Shown one piece after another: positions 1 to 10,221 of a stretch of DNA of 59,404 nt. The position numbers were made by a program, and so were the translations under genes. The notes beneath the pieces were generated by a model. It did not search any database. It was given only the letters and a program-made list of their open reading frames with translations, and had not been told where the DNA came from. This DNA is from an uncultured bacterium. Lineage in GTDB: Bacteria > DYJV01. The stretch is from contig CAZIZE010000031.1 in assembly GCA_964543655.1 (NCBI GenBank), forward strand, positions 1 to 59,404. The letters are read 5' to 3'. The stretch's first letter is position 1. Each line of letters starts with the position of its first letter.

Positions 1-657
1 ACCTTTTCTTTCCGTAATATTTTTTCTACGCCAGATAAAAAACATACAACTTCTGTATAAAATCTTTTGCCACCATTTAGACCTTCTCTGCTGGTTCAAT
101 ATAAACTCCCATGGCCATGGCATACCTTCTCTCCATTTATCACCAAAAACATAAGCCTGAGTAATATCATTACCTCCACATTGAAAAACCAAAATATCAG
201 GTTTTAGATTTTTTAATGTATCTTTCCACCATTCATAAAACTGCACAGCATTATAGCCAGGAAACCCTGCATTTAAAATTTCCCAATTTTTTATTCCTTT
301 CTTCTTCAGTATTTCAGCAAGTTTATAATTCTTCCATAAATCTTTTTCTTTAGGGAGTTTTGAGCCAAAAAAAATTGATTCTCCTATTATCATTATTCTC
401 TTTTTCTTCCCATTTTCTGATAATTCTTCGCCTCTCATCCCATAACTGTTAATATTTAACATTCTGGATTTAAAATTTTTTTTAAATCTAAAATAGAGCG
501 GTTTTGCAACCTTTTCAACACATTTATTAAATGGATATTCTCCTATATTTTTAGATATCCATTTTATCTTAAACCTTTTTTTGTAATAAATGCGGGAACA
601 TAACTCCAGAACAATAAAAAAAAATATTACTGCAAAACAAATATAACTTAATAACAT
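1..657 (-). CDS. SGNH/GDSL hydrolase family protein, membrane-anchored (3' end runs off the window)
   Basis: Not in the ORF track because it has no stop in the window. Manual translation from ATG at 657: MLLSYICFAVIFFFIVLELCSR...INSYGMRG...RIMIIGESIFFG...ILNAGFPGYN...PDILVFQCGGND, matching SGNH blocks I-III with GES in place of GDS. Confidence 0.75.
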   Translation of the reverse strand, partial: MLLSYICFAVIFFFIVLELCSRIYYKKRFKIKWISKNIGEYPFNKCVEKVAKPLYFRFKKNFKSRMLNINSYGMRGEELSENGKKKRIMIIGESIFFGSKLPKEKDLWKNYKLAEILKKKGIKNWEILNAGFPGYNAVQFYEWWKDTLKNLKPDILVFQCGGNDITQAYVFGDKWREGMPWPWEFILNQQRRSKWWQKILYRSCMFFIWRRKNITERKG

Positions 658-1835
658 TTAACTTCCTTTCTTTTAAAAAAATAAAGGAATATTATTAGTA
701 AAATTGAAAAAATAGATAAAAAACAGCTAAAAGAGAAAATAGCCCTATAACTGTAATAAGAGATTATTATACCACCTGTTAAAGAACCTATGAAAAAACC
801 TCCTTGAAACATTTCAATACCAATATTAGAATTAAAGCTTCTTAATTTTGGTGGTGAAAAATCAAATATAAGACTACTAATAAGTGGCATGGCAATTCCC
901 ATTCCAGTACCAAACATTGCTGCTGAAATTAAAAATAAGGTATTATTGCATTTTAAACTTAGCAAGAGAAAAGCCATAAAAATAATAAACATAGCAATTC
1001 CAAGTAAAGGCATTTTATCTGTTTTATCAAAATATTTCCCCAGAAAAATCCTAACTCCAATTTCCATTGTAGTTGCAATAGTAAAAAACCATCCTGGATT
1101 TGGAATATGATTTTTAATACCATATCCTTTTATATAGAAAAAAGTAGCAGAAAAAGAGGTGAACAGTAGAAGTGAAACTGTAAAAAGAATAATAAGATTA
1201 ATATTTCTAAAACTCTCTATTAAATCTTTTTTAGTTATTTTCATTTCACTTTTATTAACATTTGGTGGATTTTTAAATCTATTTAAAAAGGGTACTATAA
1301 TAATAGTTAAAAGCATTAATAATCCAAAATAAGTTAATACTGAAACAAAAGAATACTTGGACGTTAATGGCTTTAAAAGAGGTGGCATAACAGCAAATGG
1401 CAAAAGAGTAATAATGCCAATAATGCTAAAAGCCTGGCCACTTTTATTAGAAGGGACAGTGGCAACAATTCCTGTTAAAACAGATGTGCCAAAAACTACA
1501 TATGCAACTCCATGAATTATTCTTACAAAAAGCAATGTCTCAATATTTGTAGCATAAGAGTATAGTAAAAGAGATATTACTAAGCCAATAACAGAGGCAA
1601 AAATCATCTTCTTTGCATTTGAAGGAATAATAATAGCACTGATAAAAGGTCGCAATATTAACCCTGATAAAGAAAAAATACTTACAATAATGCCTATGCA
1701 TTCTGGAGAAATGCCAAGTTTATATTGAAGATAAAATGGAAATTGAAAAAAAATTGTAATATTACAATATGATAAAAAAAGAATTAAATTCAGAAGAATA
1801 AAATTTTTATTATAAATTGAACTTTCAGAAGTCAT
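648..1835 (-). CDS. MFS transporter
   Basis: About 12 hydrophobic segments and an RIIHG-type MFS motif. ATG at 1835 preferred because the GTG at 1853 lies inside the adjacent repeat element. Confidence 0.85.
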   Translation of the reverse strand: MTSESSIYNKNFILLNLILFLSYCNITIFFQFPFYLQYKLGISPECIGIIVSIFSLSGLILRPFISAIIIPSNAKKMIFASVIGLVISLLLYSYATNIETLLFVRIIHGVAYVVFGTSVLTGIVATVPSNKSGQAFSIIGIITLLPFAVMPPLLKPLTSKYSFVSVLTYFGLLMLLTIIIVPFLNRFKNPPNVNKSEMKITKKDLIESFRNINLIILFTVSLLLFTSFSATFFYIKGYGIKNHIPNPGWFFTIATTMEIGVRIFLGKYFDKTDKMPLLGIAMFIIFMAFLLLSLKCNNTLFLISAAMFGTGMGIAMPLISSLIFDFSPPKLRSFNSNIGIEMFQGGFFIGSLTGGIIISYYSYRAIFSFSCFLSIFSILLIIFLYFFKRKEVKCY

Positions 1836-1840
1836 AAAGA

Positions 1841-2049
1841 GAGACCTTTGCACAGCATATTTAATAATCTGTTAAATTTTTAATATTAAAAGGTTATGGA
1901 TTCTTCAATTGATAAAACTCTTTCAGGATGAACTAAAAGGTTTTTCTGATTCTCAGCAAAACAAAGAGGAAGAATCCAATCTAATTATCTGTATTTGCCT
2001 ATATATTTATTTTATAAAATTTTGCTATTTTTTTATTTGCAAAGGTCTT
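1841..2049. mobile_element. Putative MITE / non-autonomous IS remnant, copy 1
   Basis: Perfect 11-bp terminal inverted repeats AGACCTTTGCA (1842-1852) and TGCAAAGGTCT (2038-2048); internal inverted repeat TGGATTCTTC (1897-1906) / GAAGAATCCA (1969-1978); no transposase ORF; related copy at ~21378-21546. Confidence 0.6.
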
Positions 2050-2199
2050 AATTTTTTTAAACTTAATTAGTTATTTTGTCAAGGAAATTAATTTGTTTCT
2101 AATTTAAACATTATATTATTTCTTTAAATATTCTACTGAAATTATTTTTAAATAGCAACTATTCTTGTTTTTTTTCTACATTTATAGTATTTATAAAAG

Positions 2200-3135
2200 A
2201 TGAGTATTCATATAAAAAATGAAAAAATTATCCAGCTTGTTGATTATCTTGAAAAATTCTTACACAACAAAACAGAGCCTATAATTTTAAGTTTAATTGC
2301 CTTTTTTTCAGAAGGCCATCTTTTAATAGAAGATTTACCAGGTGTGGGGAAGACCACTCTTTCTCTATCAATTGCAAAAGCAATGTCTCTCTCTTTTGCA
2401 AGAATACAATGCACTTCTGATTTATTACCATCTGATATTACTGGTATTACTATCTATAGTAAAAAGGATGAAAAATTTATATTTAAAAAAGGTCCTATTT
2501 TTACAAATATTCTCCTTGTTGATGAAATTAATAGAGCAACACAAAAAACTCAATCAGCATTTCTTGAAATAATGGAGGAAAGACAGGTTACTGTTGATGG
2601 TAAAACCTATGAATTACCAGAGCCATTCTTTGTTATTGCCACACAAAATCCAGTTGAGCATTACGGCACATACAAATTACCAGACTCCCAGATGGATAGA
2701 TTTATTATGAACATCTCCATTGGTTATCCAAGTCAAAAAAGTGAGGTAGAAATTTTAAAAACAGGTAGCTTGAGAGAAAAAATTTCAAAAATGCAACCAA
2801 TTTTTCATAAAAATGAAATTCATAAAATTATCAATAAAATTCATTCTATATATGCATCTGAAAAAGTTTTAAATTATATTGTAAATATTTCAAATGCCAC
2901 ACGTGCAAATACTTATATTTTAAATGGCATTTCTCCTCGTGGCTCATTGTCATTGCTAAATTGTGCTAAAACTTTAGCTTTTTTTCAAAACAGAGATTTT
3001 GTTATTCCAGAAGATATTAAAACACTTGCACCTTATGTTTACTCTCATAGAATAATTTGTAAAGAGGAATTTTCCTCCATTAATAAACGGGATATTATTT
3101 ATGAAATTTTAGATAATGTTCCTCTTCCCATTTAA
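2200..3135 (+). CDS. moxR: MoxR family AAA+ ATPase
   Basis: HLLIEDLPGVGKT Walker A, RIQCTSDLLPSDITG, LLVDEINRA Walker B, IATQNPVE and SPRG motifs. Confidence 0.93.
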   Translation: MSIHIKNEKIIQLVDYLEKFLHNKTEPIILSLIAFFSEGHLLIEDLPGVGKTTLSLSIAKAMSLSFARIQCTSDLLPSDITGITIYSKKDEKFIFKKGPIFTNILLVDEINRATQKTQSAFLEIMEERQVTVDGKTYELPEPFFVIATQNPVEHYGTYKLPDSQMDRFIMNISIGYPSQKSEVEILKTGSLREKISKMQPIFHKNEIHKIINKIHSIYASEKVLNYIVNISNATRANTYILNGISPRGSLSLLNCAKTLAFFQNRDFVIPEDIKTLAPYVYSHRIICKEEFSSINKRDIIYEILDNVPLPI

Positions 3136-3206
3136 TTTAATAAAAAATAAAACACTTTTATTATTTTCAATTGACAGAGAAGCTTATTGATGTTAATAAA
3201 GAATTA

Positions 3207-4439
3207 ATGACAAATATATTATACTTATCCAATGATGAAGTATATTACAAAGTTATTGAGCTCACCTTATCAAATTATGATGTTAATATTCACCAGGCAA
3301 CAAAAATCGATGATACATCCTTTGATGTTGCAATAGTTGATGAAGATCTTTCAGAAGATGTTACTCCATTAATAAAATCACTTATCGCTGAAAAAAAACC
3401 TACAATTATTCTAAAAAATATTATAAATGGTGAAGATGATAAGTATCAAGAATTTATAAGTGATAATGTTTTACTACTGGATAAGCCTTTTGAAGATTCA
3501 GATTTTATTGAAACATTAAAAAAATTAACTACTTTAAATATTAAAGAGGTAGAAAAAATGGCAGACAAAGAGCAAAAAGAAAATGTAGAACAAAGAGCAG
3601 AAGAAGTTGAAGATGTTTTGGAGCTTACTGATATAGTGGAAGAAACTGCTGATGAGGTTTCAGATATTCTTTCTAACAAACAGGCAGAACAGGAAGAAAG
3701 TGAAGAAACTTTTGATGATTTCAATTTAGAATCCACAGAGGAAGAGACTTCAGATGAAATTTTAAAAGATGAAGATTTAGATGAGCTCCTATCTTCAGAC
3801 AAAGAAGAGGAAGCACCTAAAGAAGATGATTTTCAAATTTTAGACGAAGAGAAGGTTCCTGAAGAAACTGAGTCAAAAGAAGAACCAGAAATTACAGAAG
3901 AAATCAAGCCAGATGAGGAAGCATTTACCCTTGATACAGAAGAAGAGTTACCTGCTTCAGAAACTATAGAAGATAGTTCAGAGCCAGTTAAGGAAGTCAC
4001 TCAACCTGAGCAGGAGGAAGTTGCTATTGAAGAGCCTGTTGAAGAAGAAATTCCAGAACCTCAGCTAATTGAAGAAGCAGAAGATATACAGATTCCTATT
4101 GATGAAGAGACCAAAAAGCTTGCAGAAGAAATTGATAATGAAAAAGAAAACGAAATAACAGATACAGAAGAAGAAATTTTTTCTCCTGAGCCTGCTACAA
4201 AAAAAGAGGTAACACCATCTGTATCCACAGAAACAAGAGATGGTGTGGATATGTCAGTTGTGGAAAAGAGATTACTTGAAGCATCAGAAAAGATTATAGA
4301 AGCAATTCAGGAAGCTACTATTGAGATTGCTCGTGGCATAGCAAAAGCAACACCTCATATAATAGAAGAAGTTTCAAAAGAAATTATTCCAAAAATTGCA
4401 CAAAAAATTATTTCTGATGAATTAAATAAGAAAAAATAA
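3207..4439 (+). CDS. RomR-like polar scaffold: atypical receiver domain, long acidic disordered linker, helical C-terminus
   Basis: N-terminal receiver remnants (ILYLSND, FDVAIVDEDL, LLDKPF), a long Glu/Asp/Pro-rich linker, and C-terminal IIEEVSKEIIPKIAQKIISDEL resembling the RomR C-domain; directly upstream of valS. Start could be TTG 3171 or ATG 3207. Confidence 0.65.
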   Translation: MTNILYLSNDEVYYKVIELTLSNYDVNIHQATKIDDTSFDVAIVDEDLSEDVTPLIKSLIAEKKPTIILKNIINGEDDKYQEFISDNVLLLDKPFEDSDFIETLKKLTTLNIKEVEKMADKEQKENVEQRAEEVEDVLELTDIVEETADEVSDILSNKQAEQEESEETFDDFNLESTEEETSDEILKDEDLDELLSSDKEEEAPKEDDFQILDEEKVPEETESKEEPEITEEIKPDEEAFTLDTEEELPASETIEDSSEPVKEVTQPEQEEVAIEEPVEEEIPEPQLIEEAEDIQIPIDEETKKLAEEIDNEKENEITDTEEEIFSPEPATKKEVTPSVSTETRDGVDMSVVEKRLLEASEKIIEAIQEATIEIARGIAKATPHIIEEVSKEIIPKIAQKIISDELNKKK

Positions 4440-4470
4440 ATTTTTTAAATTTATACTTTAAATTTTTTTA

Positions 4471-4510
4471 AAGAGGTTGTAAAGGAGTCTTTGCAACCTC
4501 TTAATTTTTT
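4471..4510 (+). terminator. Intrinsic terminator-like hairpin between the romR-like gene and valS
   Basis: AAGAGGTTGTAAAG-GAGT-CTTTGCAACCTCTT (14-bp stem, one G-U pair) followed by AATTTTTT. Confidence 0.6.
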
Positions 4511-4533
4511 AAAAGTAAAAAGGAGAAATAAAA

Positions 4534-7152
4534 ATGGAGCAGTATAATTTTAAAAAAATTGAAGACAAATGGTACAGTTATTGGGAAGAAAAAGGATACT
4601 TTACTGCTGATACTAATAGCAATAAACCATCCTACTCTATTGTAATCCCGCCACCTAATGTTACAGGTTCTCTTCACATGGGACATGCTCTTAATAATAC
4701 TCTGCAAGATGTATTGTGCAGATACAAAAGGTTAAAAGGATACAATGTGCTCTGGATGCCAGGTACTGACCATGCTGGAATAGCAACACAAAATGTTGTT
4801 GAAAAAAAATTAGCAGAAGAAGGATTAACAAGACATGACCTTGGAAGAGAGAAATTTATAGAAAGAGTTTGGCAATGGCGTGAGCAATATGGCAGGACTA
4901 TTATCACTCAGCTCAAAAAGCTTGGTGCTTCATGCGATTGGAGCCGTGAACGTTTTACAATGGATGAAGGGCTCTCAAAAGCTGTTAAAGAGGTTTTTGT
5001 TAGGCTTTATGATCAAGGACTAATTTATAAGGGGGATTACATTATAAATTGGTGCCCAAGATGCCATACTGCTCTATCAGACCTTGAAGTTGAAATGGAA
5101 GAGAGCAAAGGAAAACTATGGTATATTAAATATCCAGTAAAAGGTGAAGATAGATATGTTGTTGTTGCTACCACAAGACCTGAAACCATGCTTGGTGATA
5201 CAGCTGTAGCAGTAAATCCCACTGATGAAAGATATAAAGACCTTATTGGCAAGAAAGTGATTCTCCCTGTTGTAAACAGGGAAATCCCTGTAATATCTGA
5301 TGATTATGTTGAAAAAGAATTTGGTACAGGAGTGGTAAAAATCACACCGGCACATGATTTTAATGACTTTATGGTTGCAATGAGACATAATCTTGAAGCA
5401 ATAGATGTAATGACAGATGATGCTACTATGAATAATATGGCAGGAGAATTTCAGGGACTTGACAGATTTGAATGCCGAAAAAAGCTTGTTGAAAAACTGG
5501 AAAAAGAAAATTTCCTTGAAAAAATAGAGGATTACCAGCTATTTGCTGGACACTGTTACAGATGTAAAACATTGGTTGAGCCAAGGCTTTCTAAACAATG
5601 GTTTATTAAAATAAAGCCACTTGCAGAAAAAGCAATTAATGCTGTAAAAAAAGGTGACACCAAAATAATTCCAGAACAGTGGGAAAACAACTATTTTGGC
5701 TGGATGGAGAATATTAGAGACTGGTGTATTTCACGTCAGATCTGGTGGGGACATAGAATCCCTGCGTGGTATTGTAATGATTGTCAGAAATATTCAGTTT
5801 CCAAAGAAAGTATAGAAAGTTGTTTACATTGTGGTAGTAAAAATATTTCTCAAGAGGAAGATGTTCTTGATACCTGGTTCAGCTCTGCACTCTGGCCATT
5901 TTCCACAATGGGCTGGCCAAAGCAGACTAAGGAACTTGAAAAATTTTATCCTACATCTGTTCTTGTAACTGGTTTTGATATACTCTTTTTCTGGGTAGCC
6001 AGAATGATGATGATGGGACTCTGGTTTATGAATGAAGTTCCTTTTAGAGATGTTTATATTCATGCTCTTGTTAGAGATGAAAAAGGTGAGAAAATGAGCA
6101 AATCTAAAGGGAATGTGATTGATCCTCTTATTATTATTGAGAAACATGGAGCAGATGCTCTTCGATTAACATTATCAGCTTTTGCTGCACAGGGTCGTGA
6201 TATAAAACTTTCAGAAAATAGGATAATTGGATACAAAAATTTTATTAATAAAGTTTGGAATGCTGCCAAATTTATAAAAATCAACTGTGAGGATTTAAAT
6301 GATGATTTTAATACAGATACTTTGTCAGATATAGATAAATGGATTTTAACAAGTTTGAAAAAAGCTGTTAAAACCTATGAAGCAGCTTTAAATGACTACA
6401 GGTTTAATGATGCTGTATCTGCAGTTTATCAATTTACATGGCACCAATTCTGCGATTGGTATATTGAACTTGCAAAGGTAAATCTCTCTGACAATTCGTT
6501 AAAAAACAATACCTACAGGACTCTTATTTATACCATTAAAGCTATTTTACAAATGTTACATCCTTTTATTCCATTTGTTACTGAGGAGCTATGGCACCAC
6601 TTTGATATTAACACAGATATAATGGTAAGTAATTTTATTGAAGAAAGTAAGATACCAGAATTTAATAATTCTTACAATGAAATGGAAAATATTATGGAAA
6701 TTATTAGTGGCATTAGGAATATTCGTGGTGAACTTAATATTTCACCTTCCAAAGCATTAAATCTCTACTTTTACTCTACAGATTCTTCCCTGAATGAGCT
6801 TATTGAAAAAAATCAGGTTTACATAAAAAAACTTACAAATCTTAAAAATATCCAATTTAAAACAGGTGAGCTACCTGAAAAAGTAATCAAAGATTATGTT
6901 AAAGGTGTTGAAATTTTTATTGATGTTGAAGGAGTAATAGATATTGAAAGTGAAATAAATAGATTACAAAAAGAGATTAATAAAACTTCAAAAGAACTTG
7001 AAAAGCTTAATAAAAAATTATCAAATAAAGATTTTTTATCAAAAGCACCTGAGCATGTTGTTGAGAAAAATAGAGTAAAAAAAATAGAACTTGAGGAAAA
7101 ATTAGAAAAAGCTAAAGCTGCACTTTATAGAATGGAAAAAATAGCTGATTAA
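4534..7152 (+). CDS. valS: Valine--tRNA ligase
   Basis: PPPNVTGSLHMGH (HIGH-like), GTDHAGIATQ, DWCISRQIWWGHRIP, KMSKS and a C-terminal coiled coil; AGGAG SD. Confidence 0.98.
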   Translation: MEQYNFKKIEDKWYSYWEEKGYFTADTNSNKPSYSIVIPPPNVTGSLHMGHALNNTLQDVLCRYKRLKGYNVLWMPGTDHAGIATQNVVEKKLAEEGLTRHDLGREKFIERVWQWREQYGRTIITQLKKLGASCDWSRERFTMDEGLSKAVKEVFVRLYDQGLIYKGDYIINWCPRCHTALSDLEVEMEESKGKLWYIKYPVKGEDRYVVVATTRPETMLGDTAVAVNPTDERYKDLIGKKVILPVVNREIPVISDDYVEKEFGTGVVKITPAHDFNDFMVAMRHNLEAIDVMTDDATMNNMAGEFQGLDRFECRKKLVEKLEKENFLEKIEDYQLFAGHCYRCKTLVEPRLSKQWFIKIKPLAEKAINAVKKGDTKIIPEQWENNYFGWMENIRDWCISRQIWWGHRIPAWYCNDCQKYSVSKESIESCLHCGSKNISQEEDVLDTWFSSALWPFSTMGWPKQTKELEKFYPTSVLVTGFDILFFWVARMMMMGLWFMNEVPFRDVYIHALVRDEKGEKMSKSKGNVIDPLIIIEKHGADALRLTLSAFAAQGRDIKLSENRIIGYKNFINKVWNAAKFIKINCEDLNDDFNTDTLSDIDKWILTSLKKAVKTYEAALNDYRFNDAVSAVYQFTWHQFCDWYIELAKVNLSDNSLKNNTYRTLIYTIKAILQMLHPFIPFVTEELWHHFDINTDIMVSNFIEESKIPEFNNSYNEMENIMEIISGIRNIRGELNISPSKALNLYFYSTDSSLNELIEKNQVYIKKLTNLKNIQFKTGELPEKVIKDYVKGVEIFIDVEGVIDIESEINRLQKEINKTSKELEKLNKKLSNKDFLSKAPEHVVEKNRVKKIELEEKLEKAKAALYRMEKIAD

Positions 7153-7154
7153 AA

Positions 7155-7865
7155 ATGAAAAAAATTTTTATAATTTTTATTTTAATTTTTCTTTGCTCCT
7201 GCGCAACAAATAAGCAGATAATAAAGTATGAGCCATATAGATTTAACCAATACATTCAGCTAAGCACCCTTAAATTTTTACCATTTAAAAACTTTGGTAA
7301 CAATTTTAAAGCTAAAATAACTTTTACATTAAAAAATGGCAAAAATTATAGTTTTTATGCTCTTGTATATAAAAACAACGAATTTGCAAGGGTATTTTGC
7401 TACACTTTTTTTGGTAAACAGGTGCTTGATATACTTTTTGGTGGAAAAGATTATGTTGTTGTAAACGCAAAACCAGAAGTTTATATTATTTATCCAAATA
7501 AAATTGATGAAAAAGAGAGTATTTTCTTCTTTTTAAAGCAAGTTTTGCATGGAATTGAGCTGAATAATGCAAACATTATAAATGATTGTATTACTGGCGA
7601 TTATTTTAATTACAGAGTGGTTAGCTGTAAAGAATCAAATTTTAAAAAAGTATTCTTTTACTCAAAAAATGGAAATTTGCAGAGAGAATTTAATATAAAT
7701 GATGATGAAATTATTTTAAAACTTAATGATAATATTTTACAGGTACGTTTTAAAGAAAAAATAAAGCGTAAAAATTTCAAAAAAAATTTTTTTACATCAA
7801 TCCAAAATTATAAAAGATACTATGTAAAAAATTTAAAAATAATTGAGGACAATATATTAAAATGA
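7155..7865 (+). CDS. Lipoprotein of unknown function (possibly LolB-like fold)
   Basis: Signal peptide with lipobox LCS-C; beta-rich sequence; coupled to valS and kdsD. The fold guess is weak. Confidence 0.6.
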   Translation: MKKIFIIFILIFLCSCATNKQIIKYEPYRFNQYIQLSTLKFLPFKNFGNNFKAKITFTLKNGKNYSFYALVYKNNEFARVFCYTFFGKQVLDILFGGKDYVVVNAKPEVYIIYPNKIDEKESIFFFLKQVLHGIELNNANIINDCITGDYFNYRVVSCKESNFKKVFFYSKNGNLQREFNINDDEIILKLNDNILQVRFKEKIKRKNFKKNFFTSIQNYKRYYVKNLKIIEDNILK

Positions 7866-8836
7866 CAAAGGAAGAAATTTTAAATTACGCAAAACATATT
7901 ATTTTAAAAGAAGCTGAAGCATTGAACCTACTCTCAGCTAACATTGACAATCAATTTTTTAATGTTGTGGAAACCTTATTAAATATTGAAGGAAAAGTTG
8001 TTTTAACAGGGATAGGTAAGTCTGGACTTGTTGCCAAAAAAATTTCTGCTACTTTATCAAGCACTGGCACTCCTTCATTCTTTCTCCATCCTGCTGAAGC
8101 TATACATGGTGATATTGGTGCTATTGATAAAAATGATGTTGTTATTGCAATTTCAACAAGTGGTGAAAGTGAAGAATTAATTCAAATTATCCCAACATTA
8201 AAATTACTTGCTAAAGAAATTATAGGTATCACAGCCAGAGTTGATTCCCACCTTGCTCAGCATGTGGATAGGTTGCTTATAATCCCGGATATTAATGAAG
8301 CATGTCATTTAAACCTTGCTCCCTCATGCAGCAGTACTGCCACCCTTGCACTTGGTGATGCAATAGCACTTACACTTTCATGGTTGAAAAATTTTAAATA
8401 TGAAGATTTTGCTATTAGACATCCAGGTGGAATAATAGGGAAAAAATTAACTTTAAAAATAAAGGACCTCATGCACACAGGAGATAGAGTGCCCAGGGTA
8501 AAATTAAATGATGATTTTAAAAAAGTGGTACTTGAAATGAGCTCAAAACGACTTGGATGCACAGGAGTTTTTGACAATAATGGAAAATTTTTAGGGATAA
8601 TTACAGATGGTGATTTAAGAAGAGCTCTTGAAAAATTTGAAAATATAATTGATTTAAAAGCTAAAGATATAATGACAGAAAATCCAAAAACTATAAATGA
8701 AAATGAGCGAGCTCTAAATGGTCTTATATTAATGGAACAGTTTAAAATCACCAACCTTTTTGTTATTGATGATAAAAAAAATATCTCAGGAATTATACAT
8801 CTACATGATATTTTAAGCTCAGGCTTAAGGATTTAA
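7862..8836 (+). CDS. kdsD: Arabinose-5-phosphate isomerase (KpsF/GutQ family, SIS + CBS pair)
   Basis: TGIGKSG, STGTPSFFLHPAEAIHGDIG, HPGG, GIITDGDLRR, HLHD. Confidence 0.95.
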   Translation: MTKEEILNYAKHIILKEAEALNLLSANIDNQFFNVVETLLNIEGKVVLTGIGKSGLVAKKISATLSSTGTPSFFLHPAEAIHGDIGAIDKNDVVIAISTSGESEELIQIIPTLKLLAKEIIGITARVDSHLAQHVDRLLIIPDINEACHLNLAPSCSSTATLALGDAIALTLSWLKNFKYEDFAIRHPGGIIGKKLTLKIKDLMHTGDRVPRVKLNDDFKKVVLEMSSKRLGCTGVFDNNGKFLGIITDGDLRRALEKFENIIDLKAKDIMTENPKTINENERALNGLILMEQFKITNLFVIDDKKNISGIIHLHDILSSGLRI

Positions 8837-10219
8837 AGGAAGAGTAATTTCAAATTTTGCCCCTTTCTCTGAAGGTAAAATTTGTATATTTCCACCATGA
8901 TTTTTTATAATACCATATACTATGTACAATCCTAACCCTGTACCTTTGGGACCCTTGGTGGTAAAAAATGGATCAAAAACTTTCTCTCTAATAGGTTCAG
9001 GTATTCCTGGACCTGTATCAGCAAACGTAATTATAAGGTTGCTTTCAAATTCAAACAGATCTATTGTTATTTCACCCTCTCCATTTAACGCATCAGCTGA
9101 ATTTGTTATTAAATTTTGAAATACCTGGAAAATTTGATTTTTAATACATTTAATTTCAATATTACTTGTGTTGAAATTCCCTTTAATTTTTATTTTATTT
9201 GAGATTATTTTAGCATTCTTGCATAATTCAATAACATCATTAATTATATTCTTAATATTCACTTTCTCCATTTTTTTAGAGTCAATTTCCTTGGTAACCT
9301 CTTTTACCCTGCTGACTATTTCTTTTATTCTGTCACAATGAGCTATTATTTTTCTAAAATACTCTTCATATTTATCCTCTTTTTTTAAAAGAAGTGCAAG
9401 CTCACTTAAACCTCTAATTGCACCAACTGGATTGTTTATCTCATGAGCTATCCCTGCTGAAATAGTACCTAAAGTTGCTAATTTTTCCTGCCTGATAATC
9501 ATATCCTGCAATTTCTGTATCTCTAATATCCTATTTTTTAACTCTTTATTTGCTTCCTCAAGACTTATAATTTTATCTTTTAAGTTTAGGATAAGTTGGT
9601 TATAAGCTTTAAAAACTGGCAAAAACTCAGTTTTATAAGAAGTGCTCATTAATTTATAATTACCATTAATTGTCTCTTTAATGGTTTCCAAAAAATTTTC
9701 TAATGGTGATAAAAATCTTTCAAGAAAAAAAGATATAACAATGAAAGAGATTGTTATAAAGATTAATAACAAAATTATTAAATAATTAATAGAATGTTTA
9801 ATAGCCTGTCTTATATCATTAATATTGTAATAAATTCTAATGTTAAAAGATGTTAGTCTTGCTGCTCCCACATTTTTAAAAATATTTATAAATTTAAATC
9901 TTTTTTCAACATAACGGGTGGAAAGAGAAAAGTTATTTTTTAAAGATAAAAATTCTTTATCTCCAATATAAACAAGAATATTTTCAATAAAATTGATATT
10001 ACTATAATTTTCAAGGATAACTTTTAAAAATTTTTTATTTTTAATTGTTAAAGCATATTTAACATCACTTTCCATTTTATTTATTAGTGCATAACATATA
10101 TTTTCCCTTATCTTTATTAATCTATGCTCTTCCTTTTTTATAAAAATAATAAATTCTGATGAAGAAACAATCAACAACAACACAACAATAAATAGTTGAA
10201 TCTTGGTTTTTAATTTCAT
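8825..10219 (-). CDS. Membrane sensor histidine kinase (2 TM, HAMP-like, HisKA, HATPase)
   Basis: H box [11 protein letters not shown] box [11 protein letters not shown]1 DTGPGI, F box FDPFFTTK, G2 GTGLGL. Overlaps the 3' end of the convergent kdsD by 12 bp. Confidence 0.93.
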   Translation of the reverse strand: MKLKTKIQLFIVVLLLIVSSSEFIIFIKKEEHRLIKIRENICYALINKMESDVKYALTIKNKKFLKVILENYSNINFIENILVYIGDKEFLSLKNNFSLSTRYVEKRFKFINIFKNVGAARLTSFNIRIYYNINDIRQAIKHSINYLIILLLIFITISFIVISFFLERFLSPLENFLETIKETINGNYKLMSTSYKTEFLPVFKAYNQLILNLKDKIISLEEANKELKNRILEIQKLQDMIIRQEKLATLGTISAGIAHEINNPVGAIRGLSELALLLKKEDKYEEYFRKIIAHCDRIKEIVSRVKEVTKEIDSKKMEKVNIKNIINDVIELCKNAKIISNKIKIKGNFNTSNIEIKCIKNQIFQVFQNLITNSADALNGEGEITIDLFEFESNLIITFADTGPGIPEPIREKVFDPFFTTKGPKGTGLGLYIVYGIIKNHGGNIQILPSEKGAKFEITLPLNP

Positions 10220-10221
10220 AA

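Noticed and set aside
1897-1978. Glycine riboswitch suggested by AAACTCTTTCAGG
   Set aside because: The GGAGA and CCGAAG elements are missing; the structure is better explained as the palindrome inside the MITE-like element.
4440-4533. T-box leader for valS
   Set aside because: The spacer is under 100 bp and has no UGGNACC antiterminator bulge or stem I.
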